Of a stretch of 64,000 nt of DNA, positions 49,173 through 58,843 are shown piece after piece. The position numbers were made by a program, and so were the translations under genes. Under the pieces are notes generated by a model. It was not told the DNA's origin. It did not search any database and saw nothing but the letters and a program-made list of their open reading frames with translations. This stretch comes from Deltaproteobacteria bacterium (lineage in GTDB: Bacteria > Myxococcota_A > Polyangia > Fen-1088). Within the stretch, counting starts at the first letter, position 1. Each line of letters begins with the position of its first letter. The stretch spans positions 192,001-256,000 of the forward strand of contig JANRKS010000001.1 in NCBI GenBank assembly GCA_033763315.1, written 5' to 3'.

Positions 49173-49716
49173 TGCGTCACGGCCGATGGGCCGGGGCAAT
49201 ACACGGCGCATTTCGGATACTCGAACTCTGTCGCTGACTCGGTGCGCGCCCGTGGGGACGAACAACAAGTTCACGCCTTCGCCGCTCGATCGGGGGCAAC
49301 CTGTGCTGTTTGCGCCGGGGCGACACGTGGATGTGTTCACGGGTGGCCTTCAACGGCTCGAACCTTGTGTGGAAGCTTGGGCCGCGGACGTCAACGGCGT
49401 CGGCCAACTCCACACGCTGCCAGGTGCCCGCCGCGGGCGCTCCCGATGCAGCGATTCCAGACGCCGCCCCTGTCGACCTCTGCGCACCGGTGCTGAGTTT
49501 CAGGTTAAACTTTACGACAATCTGCAGAGGTTTGGGATCGTGAAGCCCATGTCGATTTACCCTGCCACTTTTTATAGCGGCTACATACATCATTGGGGAC
49601 TTCAGGGGGCAGAAGGTTTTCCCAGCCGCGAGGTTGCTATTTCGGTTTGGAAGCTTGAGGATCAGCCAGTCTGTCCGATTGGTTTTAGTCGCGACGACCA
49701 AAGTTTTGCACACTGA
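49173..49716 (+). pseudogene. Frameshifted remnant of an exported multidomain protein
   Basis: CVTADGPGQYTAHFGYSN / PVGTNNKFTPSPLDRGQPVLFAPGR / VAFNGSNLVWKLGPRTSTASANSTRC read as one domain across three frames, followed by a PDAA linker. Confidence 0.6.
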
Positions 49717-49741
49717 AACACGATCGGAAGATAACCACGAG

Positions 49742-50017
49742 ATGGTTGTTGTGTTGACGACAGTTCTGTCTTGGTTTGTGTTCCTCGTTTCAGCATTCAT
49801 CGTGGACGGCTGGATGCTCAGCGCACTGTGGTGTGTCGGTTTAGTCTTTGCGGCTTTGCGAAGGCGAACTAACAGGCGGACCACGGGCCAGGCCATGGTC
49901 TTCGCTGGGTCAACTACCCTCGCGGCAACCATCGCCGTTTTGATACTGAACCATTACATTGCCGCGGCTCATGCCAGAACGATAGTCGAGGCCTGCGAGC
50001 GTTCGGGCGCGTTCTAA
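49742..50017 (+). CDS. Small hydrophobic hypothetical membrane protein
   Basis: About three hydrophobic segments from MVVVLTT; start uncertain. Confidence 0.35.
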   Translation: MVVVLTTVLSWFVFLVSAFIVDGWMLSALWCVGLVFAALRRRTNRRTTGQAMVFAGSTTLAATIAVLILNHYIAAAHARTIVEACERSGAF

Positions 50018-50030
50018 ACGAGTTGCTCTC

Positions 50031-50531
50031 ATGAAAGTTCATGTTTCTTTCGCAGTTGTTGTCTTTGCCGTCGCATGCACTCGAAATGTTAGGCACGACT
50101 CTGCCGAATATCCAACAGACCTAAACATGGCCACGCAGCGTATTCAGGAGCTGGCTTGTGTCTCAGAGCGTCTCCACCACACTGGAAGGGCTTACGAGCG
50201 CGCAGAACTACTGCGTCTTCTCGGTCTTCCGAAGAATGTTAGAGGCCGTTACTCGGAACTAAATTTTCTAAAAGGCGAGACGTTCCGCCTTTCGCCCAAG
50301 TACTACCTGAGCTTTACTCTTGCCGGTGATTGCCGGGATAAGTTGGTGCTTGAAGAAATGACAGACAAGCGGGGTAGGTCGCAGGAACGCCGAGAGGAAA
50401 TACTGTATGCAGAACAGTGCACGTTCGATGGGCCTGTGGTCGTTGAGTCTACATTTGCGATAGTCAAGAGCCCAACCGAATCCTGTGAGACTTGCCTAGG
50501 GTGTGCTGAAAAGCGAACGACTAGCGATTGA
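50031..50531 (+). CDS. Hypothetical lipoprotein (lower GC)
   Basis: MKVHVSFAVVVFAVAC lipobox; 166 aa. Confidence 0.6.
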   Translation: MKVHVSFAVVVFAVACTRNVRHDSAEYPTDLNMATQRIQELACVSERLHHTGRAYERAELLRLLGLPKNVRGRYSELNFLKGETFRLSPKYYLSFTLAGDCRDKLVLEEMTDKRGRSQERREEILYAEQCTFDGPVVVESTFAIVKSPTESCETCLGCAEKRTTSD

Positions 50532-50916
50532 TAGCTGTTGATGGCCGAATTGAGTGCGCCGGGATAAAGTCGGCGTTCAATTGTACGTGTTAGGGGCCGA
50601 TGCAGGCGCGGCGGTAATTGAAATACGATGTGCTTGGGCGGATGGCGTAGTTCAGATCTTGTTCTTGGCGCCAGTGGTGCTGCAACAGCACGCGGTTCGC
50701 CTGCTGATAAGAGCGTTTTTGCCTGTTCCGCAGCGTGAATTGAATCGCGCCTCAACGAGAGTCATGGCCCATGCCTCCGCCCTCTAGGGCATGCGCCATG
50801 GTCGTTCGATTGTCGCGCGGCCAATGGAGGGTTTGGTGACCTCTCTGCCGCGGATAGCTCAAGTAGCTAACGTTGTCTAGCCTGCTGAAAAAATCTGGAC
50901 GCCTGCGTAAGGCGCG

Positions 50917-51459
50917 TTGTACTTCACGTTCATGCTTCCGAGATTTATCAACGGACTCGCAATGAGCTCTGCCTTGGTCGTTCTGATTGCCGGCAACGCG
51001 ATGGCGGATGGCGAAGCACCGAACACTGAGGGAACGGCGCCAACCATTTCCGTGCCAAGTCCAAAATTGACGCCCGTTGTAGGTGAACCGCCCGCTCCTG
51101 CGCCAAACGTGCCGCAATTCTTTGTGACCCTAGATCAGCTCGCGCAGCTGACTTACAAGGATCCATTGGTAGCGGAGCAGTTGTCGCGACTTATCGCTGA
51201 ACGGCAGAACGCGCGATCATGGCTCATCACCGGTTTGATCGCCGGCGGCGGCGCACTGGGGACGGGGCTGCTTCTTCGCCATTCGTGCGGTGATGATCCA
51301 GATTGCGACAGCGGTTCAAGGATGGTGCCGCTCGGCATCGGCCTGGTGGTGTTGGGCATTTTGGGTTCGTACATCATGTCGCCAACGCGGGCCCAGGTTG
51401 TTGACGTGGTCAACACGTGGAACGGGCGCCACCCAACGCAGCCGATCTATCCGCATTGA
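50917..51459 (+). CDS. Hypothetical exported/membrane protein with C-terminal helical hairpin
   Basis: Signal peptide ending AMA, Pro-rich linker, two Gly-rich TM segments around a CxxxxxC loop; start uncertain. Confidence 0.6.
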   Translation: MYFTFMLPRFINGLAMSSALVVLIAGNAMADGEAPNTEGTAPTISVPSPKLTPVVGEPPAPAPNVPQFFVTLDQLAQLTYKDPLVAEQLSRLIAERQNARSWLITGLIAGGGALGTGLLLRHSCGDDPDCDSGSRMVPLGIGLVVLGILGSYIMSPTRAQVVDVVNTWNGRHPTQPIYPH

Positions 51460-51535
51460 GCGATGCGTGTCTCGGGCAGACACCGGCGTTTTAAGCTAAG
51501 CCCTGTCGCCACTGGTCCATGCTATTCCTTGCCGC

Positions 51536-52225
51536 ATGGACGACGTGAATGCACTCAAGCTTGCAATCGATCGTGACGCCGGCTTGCGCGCTTTGCTGCA
51601 AGAGGTGGCGCCGAGGCTGGATGACGATCCCGGGCACGATCTGCAGCATTGTTTGCGTGTGGCGCTTTGGGCCGTGCGAATTGGGGGCGTCACTGTTGTG
51701 GCACGCAACGCCATCGCCGCAGCGCTGCTTCACGATGTGATCAATTTGCCCAAAAACGCACCCAACCGAGCGCAAGCCAGCCAGATGTCCGCGGACGAAG
51801 CGCGACGTCTGCTACCAGCGCTTGGTTTTTCACAGGCCGATGTGGAGCAGATCGCCGACGCCGTTCGCGACCACAGCTTTAGCCGGGGCGCTATCCCCGC
51901 CACGCCGCTCGGTAAGGCTTTGCAAGACGCCGATCGTCTTGAGGCGCTTGGAGCGCTGGGGCTGTGTCGCACGATCTCCACCGGCACGCGCATGGGCGCG
52001 CGGTACTTCCATGCCGACGATCCATGGGCGCGACAGCGTGCTCTCGATGATCGCGCCTTCTCCGTGGATCACTTCTTCACGAAGCTCTTTGGTCTACCCC
52101 AAACAATGCAGACCGAGATGGGAAAGAAGGAAGCGCAACGTCGCGTAGCTTTCTTGCGCGCGTTTTTGGATCAGTTGGCTGACGAGCTCGGCGTGCCGCT
52201 GGCCGCTCAAACGGAGCCAGCATGA
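51536..52225 (+). CDS. HD-domain phosphohydrolase (YedJ-like)
   Basis: GHDLQH..RV, LLHD, HSFS, QDADRLEALG, DHFFTKL. Confidence 0.92.
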   Translation: MDDVNALKLAIDRDAGLRALLQEVAPRLDDDPGHDLQHCLRVALWAVRIGGVTVVARNAIAAALLHDVINLPKNAPNRAQASQMSADEARRLLPALGFSQADVEQIADAVRDHSFSRGAIPATPLGKALQDADRLEALGALGLCRTISTGTRMGARYFHADDPWARQRALDDRAFSVDHFFTKLFGLPQTMQTEMGKKEAQRRVAFLRAFLDQLADELGVPLAAQTEPA

Positions 52226-52268
52226 AGACCCCAATAATTTCAACGGTTTGAAAATTTATCGTCCGTCC

Positions 52269-52295
52269 TGTCGATTGTCACAGGCCCCGATCGTG
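52269..52295 (+). promoter_or_regulatory. ECF42-type promoter TGTCGA-N16-TCGTG
   Basis: Upstream of a DGPF-family gene; matches the motif at 35612. Confidence 0.55.
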
Positions 52296-52350
52296 GTTCT
52301 CACAGGATGGCATGTCGCTGTTCCTGCTTTTCAACGTCTTCGAGGAGTCA

Positions 52351-53091
52351 ATGATGCGCTTTTTAGTGATGCACAAAAATGATGCGAACACCGAAGCTGG
52401 GAACCCGCCGCCCAAGGACGTGCTTGAGGCGATGCCCGCGTTCATCGGTGAATACGCGGCGTCGGGGCGGCTCATTGATGGGGCGGGGCTTGGTGGCAGC
52501 AAGACGCGCACGCGGTTGGTGTTTCGCGACGGGAAGTGCACTGTTAAGGCGGGGCCCTATAAGGGCGAGCACGAGTTGCCTGCGGCCGTGCTGAAGTTGA
52601 AGGTGCGCACCCGCGAAGAAGCCATCGGATGGGCGGAGCGCTATGGAAAGATCTTGGGCGACGGTGAGATTGAGTTGGGCAAGATCAATGAACCTTGGGA
52701 CCTCGGCTTGATGCCTGAGCCAGAGAACGCGCCGTTGCAGATGCTGCTTATCGATAAGGCCGATGCCGCTTCTGAAGGTGGCGGCCGCAGTGCTGAACAG
52801 AAGGCAGCCATCTCGCGGCTAAAAACAGAGATGACGAAGGTCGGTGTTCTGGTCAATTCGATCAGTTTGCAACCCAGCGCCAAGGCCAAGCGACTGCACT
52901 TCACGAACAATGAGCTGCGCGTGGTTGATGGCCCCTTCATGGAGTCGAAGGAGCTCATCGGTGGTTTTGTGGTTATCGACTTATCCGGGATGGATGAAGT
53001 GATTTCGATGTGCAAAGCCTACGCGAAGATCTTGGGCGGAACGTTGCAGATCGACGTCAGGCTGTTGGAGGTAAGCGAACCGACAAGCTAG
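52351..53091 (+). CDS. YciI/DGPF family protein with two tandem domains
   Basis: VVDGPFMESKELIGGF plus a degenerate first copy (VKAGPY..EHEL); GAGGAG RBS. Confidence 0.88.
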   Translation: MMRFLVMHKNDANTEAGNPPPKDVLEAMPAFIGEYAASGRLIDGAGLGGSKTRTRLVFRDGKCTVKAGPYKGEHELPAAVLKLKVRTREEAIGWAERYGKILGDGEIELGKINEPWDLGLMPEPENAPLQMLLIDKADAASEGGGRSAEQKAAISRLKTEMTKVGVLVNSISLQPSAKAKRLHFTNNELRVVDGPFMESKELIGGFVVIDLSGMDEVISMCKAYAKILGGTLQIDVRLLEVSEPTS

Positions 53092-53113
53092 CGCAAGGCC
53101 ACACATTTCAGCG

Positions 53114-54331
53114 CTAAAGACCCGCGCCCTTGCGCACCCGCAATCCCGCATGAACAGCAACGTTGTCGAACATCACGTGCGCCACGTCGCGCGGCACCCA
53201 CGTGATGTCGAGCTTTGGATCCGCTGGCTGGCAATACATCGGATCGGCGGGATGCATCTGGCAAAACAGCCGCTTTTCCTCGTTGCCGCCGAAGAACGTG
53301 CTGAAGAAGATATGGCGAATCAGTGACGCCTTCGTGGTGGTGGCGCGAAAGCGCATGCCGGTGATGCTTTGAGCCAGCTTGCCATCGAAGTAAACTTGCG
53401 CGATGCCGTCCTTGGCCGTGGCTGAGCTGTTCAACTTTACGTAGACGGTGACACCGCGCCATTGGCCCGTCACGAAGGGCATTTTCGTGCGCAGGCGCGC
53501 CCCACACAAGCCTGGCGTGCGGCTTTGTTCATAGACGTAGAGTTCGGCGGCGCCGTCTTCTCGCCACATCACACGCACGCTCCAGCGCGCTGCCCCTGGG
53601 TCTGTTCTCAAGCCATCGCCAACAATGCTGCAGCCGCTGTCCCATTCCTTCGCTGAGAGGCCCGGCAATTTGCCGCCGCGGCTCCAGTCATAACCAGGCT
53701 CGAAATAGATGTCGTAGCTGAGCGAATATTCCGCTGCATACGGCAGCTCGACCACGTCTTGCAGGACGTCGGTGGCCGTGTTCGTGTAGTAAGGAAAACA
53801 CTGGCCCGTGGAGCCTGGTGGGTAAGGTGGCCTATCGTTTTCCGGCGGCAAAGGAAACAGGGGCGGCTCTTTGGTGAAGGGATCATGCTTGACGTGCAAA
53901 CACGGGGTGGACTTCAAGCCGCACGTCGCTTCAACGCGTACGTGCTTCTTCCATTTACAGGCGTTAAGCCAAGTGTCACCTGCGCGCAAGCCGTCGAAGT
54001 TTTGGCTGTACACGAGCTTCGCGTTGGGCGTTTCAATGAGCACCGGATCGTCGATGTCATCGATGATCCGCTGCACGGGTTCATCGACGTCCGTCGGATC
54101 CATAGACGGGTCATGGGCGCCTGTGCCACCGCTGTCTGGCGCGCCGCCCGCGCCTTGGGGCTGATTGCCACCAGATCCGCGCTGCGTTTGACCTCCGTTG
54201 CCACCGCCACTGTTTGCGTTGTTGTCCGCACTTTGATCACTTTGGCAGGCGAACAACACCATGGCGAAGCACAGCAACACACGGCAACCTTGAATGATCC
54301 TGTGAGGGCGAGACATGCTCGCCGATCTCAT
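53114..54331 (-). CDS. Polysaccharide lyase (PL14-like) lipoprotein
   Basis: LFAC lipobox; YDIYFEPGYDW.RGGKLPGL, WSVRVMWR, FSTFFGG. Confidence 0.82.
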   Translation of the reverse strand: MRSASMSRPHRIIQGCRVLLCFAMVLFACQSDQSADNNANSGGGNGGQTQRGSGGNQPQGAGGAPDSGGTGAHDPSMDPTDVDEPVQRIIDDIDDPVLIETPNAKLVYSQNFDGLRAGDTWLNACKWKKHVRVEATCGLKSTPCLHVKHDPFTKEPPLFPLPPENDRPPYPPGSTGQCFPYYTNTATDVLQDVVELPYAAEYSLSYDIYFEPGYDWSRGGKLPGLSAKEWDSGCSIVGDGLRTDPGAARWSVRVMWREDGAAELYVYEQSRTPGLCGARLRTKMPFVTGQWRGVTVYVKLNSSATAKDGIAQVYFDGKLAQSITGMRFRATTTKASLIRHIFFSTFFGGNEEKRLFCQMHPADPMYCQPADPKLDITWVPRDVAHVMFDNVAVHAGLRVRKGAGL

Positions 54332-54458
54332 CGCAAGGCGTGTGCCTGCTCAAAGCGTGAACGAGGCGAAGCGCTTCAACGGTGTGCGCACACGCCTTGT
54401 GGCGAAGCTGCGCAACGTTGTCCCTTTCTTGCACAACGCGGTTCGTGCGAACACGCGC

Positions 54459-55151
54459 TTAGATTCCGTCTTTAGACGCCTTCTTCTGCCCCTTGTTCTG
54501 CGCTTGGGATCGCTGCTCTTTCTCTGACATGCCCGCCAAGGGGTCGTCATTCAACTTCATCTTGGGCGGCAGTTTGGGCACGGTGGCGGAAGCGGGCACC
54601 GCCTTGTTTTGTTTTGCGGCGCTTGCGGTGGCCGCCGCCAAGGCCTTCGCTGTGACTTCAGACGTCACACGATCGGGCGCCACAACTTCGGCCTTCTCCA
54701 CCGGAGGCGCAGCGGCCTTCTCCTTCTCGCCAGGAAACTGCATCCGCTCCTTCGTGGCGGCGGGCGCCTTCGTCGGTTCGGCCCGCGTGTTGTGGTTCAA
54801 CAGCCCATCCAGCGAATCTTTCGGCGCGGCGGCGACGTCCTTTCTTCGTGCCGGCGGGGCCTTGGCTGCACCGGTGCCAAGCTGCATTTCATCCAGGGTC
54901 ACGAGCTCTAGATCTGCAGATTTGGGGGCAGGCGCTTTGGCGGGAGCGGCCGCTTCCGAGCGCTTCGTGGCGCTTGGTTTAGGGGCGGCCTGGCAGGGGT
55001 GCGTTGTGACGACGGCCATCGACGCGAGCGCGGCCACACCTAAGCAGAGGTTGCGCGGCAGGAACCCTTTGGGCGACTTTGGCGGTGACAGGCGTGTCGT
55101 CAGCGCTTGCAGGTATGGCATTGTCCTTTTTGAACACGTAAGCCCGAACAA
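54459..55151 (-). CDS. Ala/Pro/Lys-rich low-complexity exported protein
   Basis: Signal-like hydrophobic segment followed by a disordered tail; start uncertain. Confidence 0.6.
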   Translation of the reverse strand: MFGLTCSKRTMPYLQALTTRLSPPKSPKGFLPRNLCLGVAALASMAVVTTHPCQAAPKPSATKRSEAAAPAKAPAPKSADLELVTLDEMQLGTGAAKAPPARRKDVAAAPKDSLDGLLNHNTRAEPTKAPAATKERMQFPGEKEKAAAPPVEKAEVVAPDRVTSEVTAKALAAATASAAKQNKAVPASATVPKLPPKMKLNDDPLAGMSEKEQRSQAQNKGQKKASKDGI

Positions 55152-55222
55152 ATGGGAAGACCCGCCTCACATGTTTAGGGGGGCCTGATGCGCTCTGCCC
55201 TAAATCGGCATAGACTAAACGT

Positions 55223-55417
55223 ATGTGGTTCCCCGTCGACGAGCCCTGGCAATACCGAGTCCTGGATCAACTTGCGCCGGGGATCGATTCTGAGCAGCTG
55301 ATCCAGGCGCGTGCGGCGACGCCGACCGAACGGGTCGAGGCCATGTGCCGCTTGGTAGAGCTTGCAGAGCAGATCGGGCGCTCCCTGGCTCGCCAGCGCA
55401 CGGACGAGCGATCGTGA
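55223..55417 (+). CDS. Small hypothetical protein of the type found upstream of nucleotidyltransferases
   Basis: GIDSEQL......TPTERV motif; GTGA overlap with a truncated next ORF. Confidence 0.55.
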   Translation: MWFPVDEPWQYRVLDQLAPGIDSEQLIQARAATPTERVEAMCRLVELAEQIGRSLARQRTDERS

Positions 55418-55466
55418 CCAACTTTGCCGAGCTGTTCGGCCATCTCGCCTTAGGGAGCTCGCGGGA

Positions 55467-57677
55467 TCAGACGCGCGCGTTGTCCACCAAAAGGCATTCG
55501 ATGTCGTCCACCTGCAACGTTGGCCCCACCGGCCCCGGCCGATCGAGGGCGGTGGCTCGCCGACCGGCCAAAGCGGACTTGAGGTTCACGGTTTTGCGCT
55601 CACCGCCTTGATTGAACAAGAACCAGGCTTCGCGCTGCTCAAGCACAAGTCGCCGCCTTGGGACGCCATCAAGGTGGTCTGCTTCGATGCCCAACGTTGC
55701 GAACAGCCGCTTGATGAACGCCGCGTTTGCCGTATCTGCATTTAGTTGTCGCGCGATGCCGGGGTGCGTTCCCAGCAGCGTCAACGTGCCGGAGGCCTCG
55801 GCGCCTACTTTGGTGGCGGGCACGTGAACGCCAACGATTGTGTTTTGATCTAACAGCACGGGTCGGGCCGCCGAATTGGGCCGCAGCTTGAATTCCTGCA
55901 GAACGTGGCCGGGCGCGATTTGGGTGTCCTTGCACGTCGACGATCCAGTGCACATGTGAAATGGCAGTTGGTCGATAGTTGCGTTGCTACCTGAAGCGGC
56001 GATCGGTTGCAGCGCCTGGCCATCCACACCCAACCAATCTTGCAACACGGGGTTAAGGAAGGCCGTGGCGGCCACGCCATGCTCATTGAGGTGGCCTGCA
56101 CCGGCTTCAAGGATCACATGACCGCCGCCACGGACGTGCGCGATCAACGCTTGCGCCGTGGCGTTCGACATCGCGATGCCAAAAGGCCACCACAAAAGCT
56201 TCGGCAGCTTCTCCGTTGTTCCAAGCGAACCCACGTCAACAAACGTTGCGGGCACAGCGGCGTCCCATGCCAAGCGGTAGGCCCCGCGGTAAGCGGCTTT
56301 GAACGCACGCAGAACCTCTGCGCCTGTGGCTTGCGCGATGTGCTCTGCGTCTTGCGACACGATGAGGCCAAGTGGAGCGGGTGCAGGAGACGCTTCCGAA
56401 AAGAAGTCTGCGTGCGCCGCCAACGCACGCCCCATGTCGCCCGCCGCTTGGGCCCTGGGCCCAACGCTGCCGTCTGCCTCTAAGAGCCCAAACCCATGCG
56501 CTTCATTCCACAACAGTTCAGGTCGGTGGTTCCAAAAGCAAATGCCCCGCGCGCCGATTGCCAAACTGCACATCATCCAGCGCCGCACATCGCGCGCAGA
56601 CGGCGTGCGCTTTAGCCCCAGCCCTTCGCCGATGGGCCCACCCTGCAGTTCTGCCGCCCAAAACGGCTTGCCGGCCGCGGCCGCGCGCGTTTGCTCCAGG
56701 GCCATCAGCGGCGATTCCCATTCGCCTGTGGCCCAATCCGGATAAACGGAAGAGCCAAATACATCAACGGAGCGAGCCAAAGCGAAGTCCGACGACGAGC
56801 CCAACGTGGGAGCTGAGACGTGTGTCATCACCGGGCGCCGCAGTGGATCGCCTTTCGCGAAAAAACGCGCCTTCCACGCCAACGCATCCTCAAAATAATG
56901 CGCGTCCATGAACGCACGCCAATCGGTGGTGGAAGGAACCATGTGAAACACCCGCGGCGGTTGCACATCCGAGAACGCGACGTAGGGCGTAAGCCACGCC
57001 TCGTTGAGGCGCTCAATCGATCCGTATTTTTCCCGTAACCAACGCCGAAAGGCAGTCAGCGTGTGAGGGCAATAACAAAGCTTGCCGTGACCCGCACGCA
57101 GGGCCCACGAATAAAAGCCCACCTCTTGCCACACATTCCACATGGCAATGTTGCTGTGTTTGGCCAGCCGCTTGACCACGGTTGACATGAATCGCCCCGC
57201 GGCCGCGCGCACGCCTGGATGATGCCAACACGGACCCGGTTTGCCATCGGCCGGCACCACGTAGGCGCCAGGATCAACGTTGGGCAACCCATCCTCGAAC
57301 ACCATCACGGCGTCCGGAAATTTCTGCCACAGCCACACGGGCGCGTGCTCCATCGTCACGCCGAAGAACACGCGCAAGTCGTTCTGCTTGGCGGCCGCAA
57401 TCACGCGCTCCACATTCGAAAGATCCACGTCGCCTTCGCGGCGTTCGTCATAAGCCCATGATTCTTGAATCTTGATCATTGAAAACCCGAGCTTCTTGAG
57501 CGCGGGCAGATCGGCCAGCAACTGCGGCAAGGGCAGGTGTGGCTCGCGATAGATGTGCGTGCCGAATGGAAACCAAGGCGGCTCGGCTGCGGCGCGTGCC
57601 ACAAACGGGGAGGAGAGGGCCGCCGCAGACGAGGCCAAGGCCGCTTGCATGCATTGACGGCGGGTTGCTTTCATCAT
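55467..57677 (-). CDS. GH42-like beta-galactosidase with twin-arginine-like signal
   Basis: TRRQCM signal; W..DERREG.VD.S, APVWL, CYCPHT..AFRRWLREKYGSI..LN.AW, ELQGG; trimerisation-like domain. Confidence 0.88.
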   Translation of the reverse strand: MMKATRRQCMQAALASSAAALSSPFVARAAAEPPWFPFGTHIYREPHLPLPQLLADLPALKKLGFSMIKIQESWAYDERREGDVDLSNVERVIAAAKQNDLRVFFGVTMEHAPVWLWQKFPDAVMVFEDGLPNVDPGAYVVPADGKPGPCWHHPGVRAAAGRFMSTVVKRLAKHSNIAMWNVWQEVGFYSWALRAGHGKLCYCPHTLTAFRRWLREKYGSIERLNEAWLTPYVAFSDVQPPRVFHMVPSTTDWRAFMDAHYFEDALAWKARFFAKGDPLRRPVMTHVSAPTLGSSSDFALARSVDVFGSSVYPDWATGEWESPLMALEQTRAAAAGKPFWAAELQGGPIGEGLGLKRTPSARDVRRWMMCSLAIGARGICFWNHRPELLWNEAHGFGLLEADGSVGPRAQAAGDMGRALAAHADFFSEASPAPAPLGLIVSQDAEHIAQATGAEVLRAFKAAYRGAYRLAWDAAVPATFVDVGSLGTTEKLPKLLWWPFGIAMSNATAQALIAHVRGGGHVILEAGAGHLNEHGVAATAFLNPVLQDWLGVDGQALQPIAASGSNATIDQLPFHMCTGSSTCKDTQIAPGHVLQEFKLRPNSAARPVLLDQNTIVGVHVPATKVGAEASGTLTLLGTHPGIARQLNADTANAAFIKRLFATLGIEADHLDGVPRRRLVLEQREAWFLFNQGGERKTVNLKSALAGRRATALDRPGPVGPTLQVDDIECLLVDNARV

Positions 57678-58843
57678 TGCACGGCGAAGCGCTGAAGAGC
57701 CTTCATGTCCAATTCGATTCCCAGGCCTGGCCGCGTGGGCGGATGAATCAAGCCATCTTTCATGGTCAGTTCAACCGAAAGCAAATCGCGGCGCAAAGGC
57801 GAATCAGACATATCCGCTGGCACATACTCCACGAATGGCACGTGAGGTTGGCTCAAGGCCATGTGCACCGAGGCCGCAATGCCAATGCCCGTTTTCCAAC
57901 AGTGCGGCACAACCAGGCGCCCGTGATCTTCGGCCATGTGGCACACGCGCAAAGCTTCCGTGAGGCCACCAACGCGGCCCACATCGGGCTGCACCACGGC
58001 GAGTTGCCCGCGATGAATGAGATCCGCAAACTCAAAGCGCGTGTTCTGCCACTCGCCCGCGGCGATGCGCATCGGAGCATGCGTGGCCAGATGCGCGTAT
58101 CCTGCCAAGTTATCGATTTGCAAAGGCGTCTCCACGAAGAACAAATCAAGATCGCCCCAGTCACGCAAAGTGCGCAAGCACGAATGCACATCCCACCAGC
58201 GGTATTGTACGTCCACCATCAAGGTGAAGTCCCGTCCGGCGGCTTTGCGGCACGCGGTGAGGATTTCGGTCATTTGTTCATCGGTGCCCGAAAGGCCCGC
58301 GTGCCGATACGGCCCCGCCAGCGTGCATTCGCATTTGGCCGCCCGGAAGCCCGCCGCCTTCACCCGTTCGATCCAATCGATCAACGAGTCGCCATATTCG
58401 CGCACGGTGTTGCCATAGGGCTGCAGCGACGCGTAGGGCGTGGCCCCAGGCCTGTGCGCGCCTCCCATCAGCTTGTAGGTGGGCAGCCCCGTGGCTTTGC
58501 CCTTGATGTCCCATAACGCCATGTCGATGGCGCCCATGGCGGCGATCACGGCGCCACGACGTCCGGTCATGCAGGTATACGTGTAAAGCTTTTGCCACAG
58601 CGCGGACGTGTCGAACGGATCGGCGCCGATCAGAAGCTCTTTCATGCCCAACGCCATTGTGTGCGTGCCTGGCGCCTCAATGGCCGCACGCGCGACGAAC
58701 GGCCCCGTGTCTGTCTCGCCAACGCCGGTGATGCCTTCGTCGGTGTGCACCAACACCACGATGTCGTCTTGTGCAGAGCTTGTGGCGTCTTTGCGGATCT
58801 GCGGCGACTGCAAGACGAAACATTCGATGTCACGGATCTTCAT
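57674..58843 (-). CDS. Mandelate racemase/muconate lactonizing enzyme family (sugar-acid dehydratase)
   Basis: HTDEGITGVGE, IDMALWDIKGK, LMVD, FVETP, AGE, QPD, PH; start MKIRDIE. Confidence 0.93.
   Translation of the reverse strand: MKIRDIECFVLQSPQIRKDATSSAQDDIVVLVHTDEGITGVGETDTGPFVARAAIEAPGTHTMALGMKELLIGADPFDTSALWQKLYTYTCMTGRRGAVIAAMGAIDMALWDIKGKATGLPTYKLMGGAHRPGATPYASLQPYGNTVREYGDSLIDWIERVKAAGFRAAKCECTLAGPYRHAGLSGTDEQMTEILTACRKAAGRDFTLMVDVQYRWWDVHSCLRTLRDWGDLDLFFVETPLQIDNLAGYAHLATHAPMRIAAGEWQNTRFEFADLIHRGQLAVVQPDVGRVGGLTEALRVCHMAEDHGRLVVPHCWKTGIGIAASVHMALSQPHVPFVEYVPADMSDSPLRRDLLSVELTMKDGLIHPPTRPGLGIELDMKALQRFAVQ

Noticed and set aside
50752-50810. Metalloprotease-like TMAHALEGGGMGHD peptide on the minus strand
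   Set aside because: Lacks HExxH and has no supporting ORF; a pseudogene cannot be established by eye
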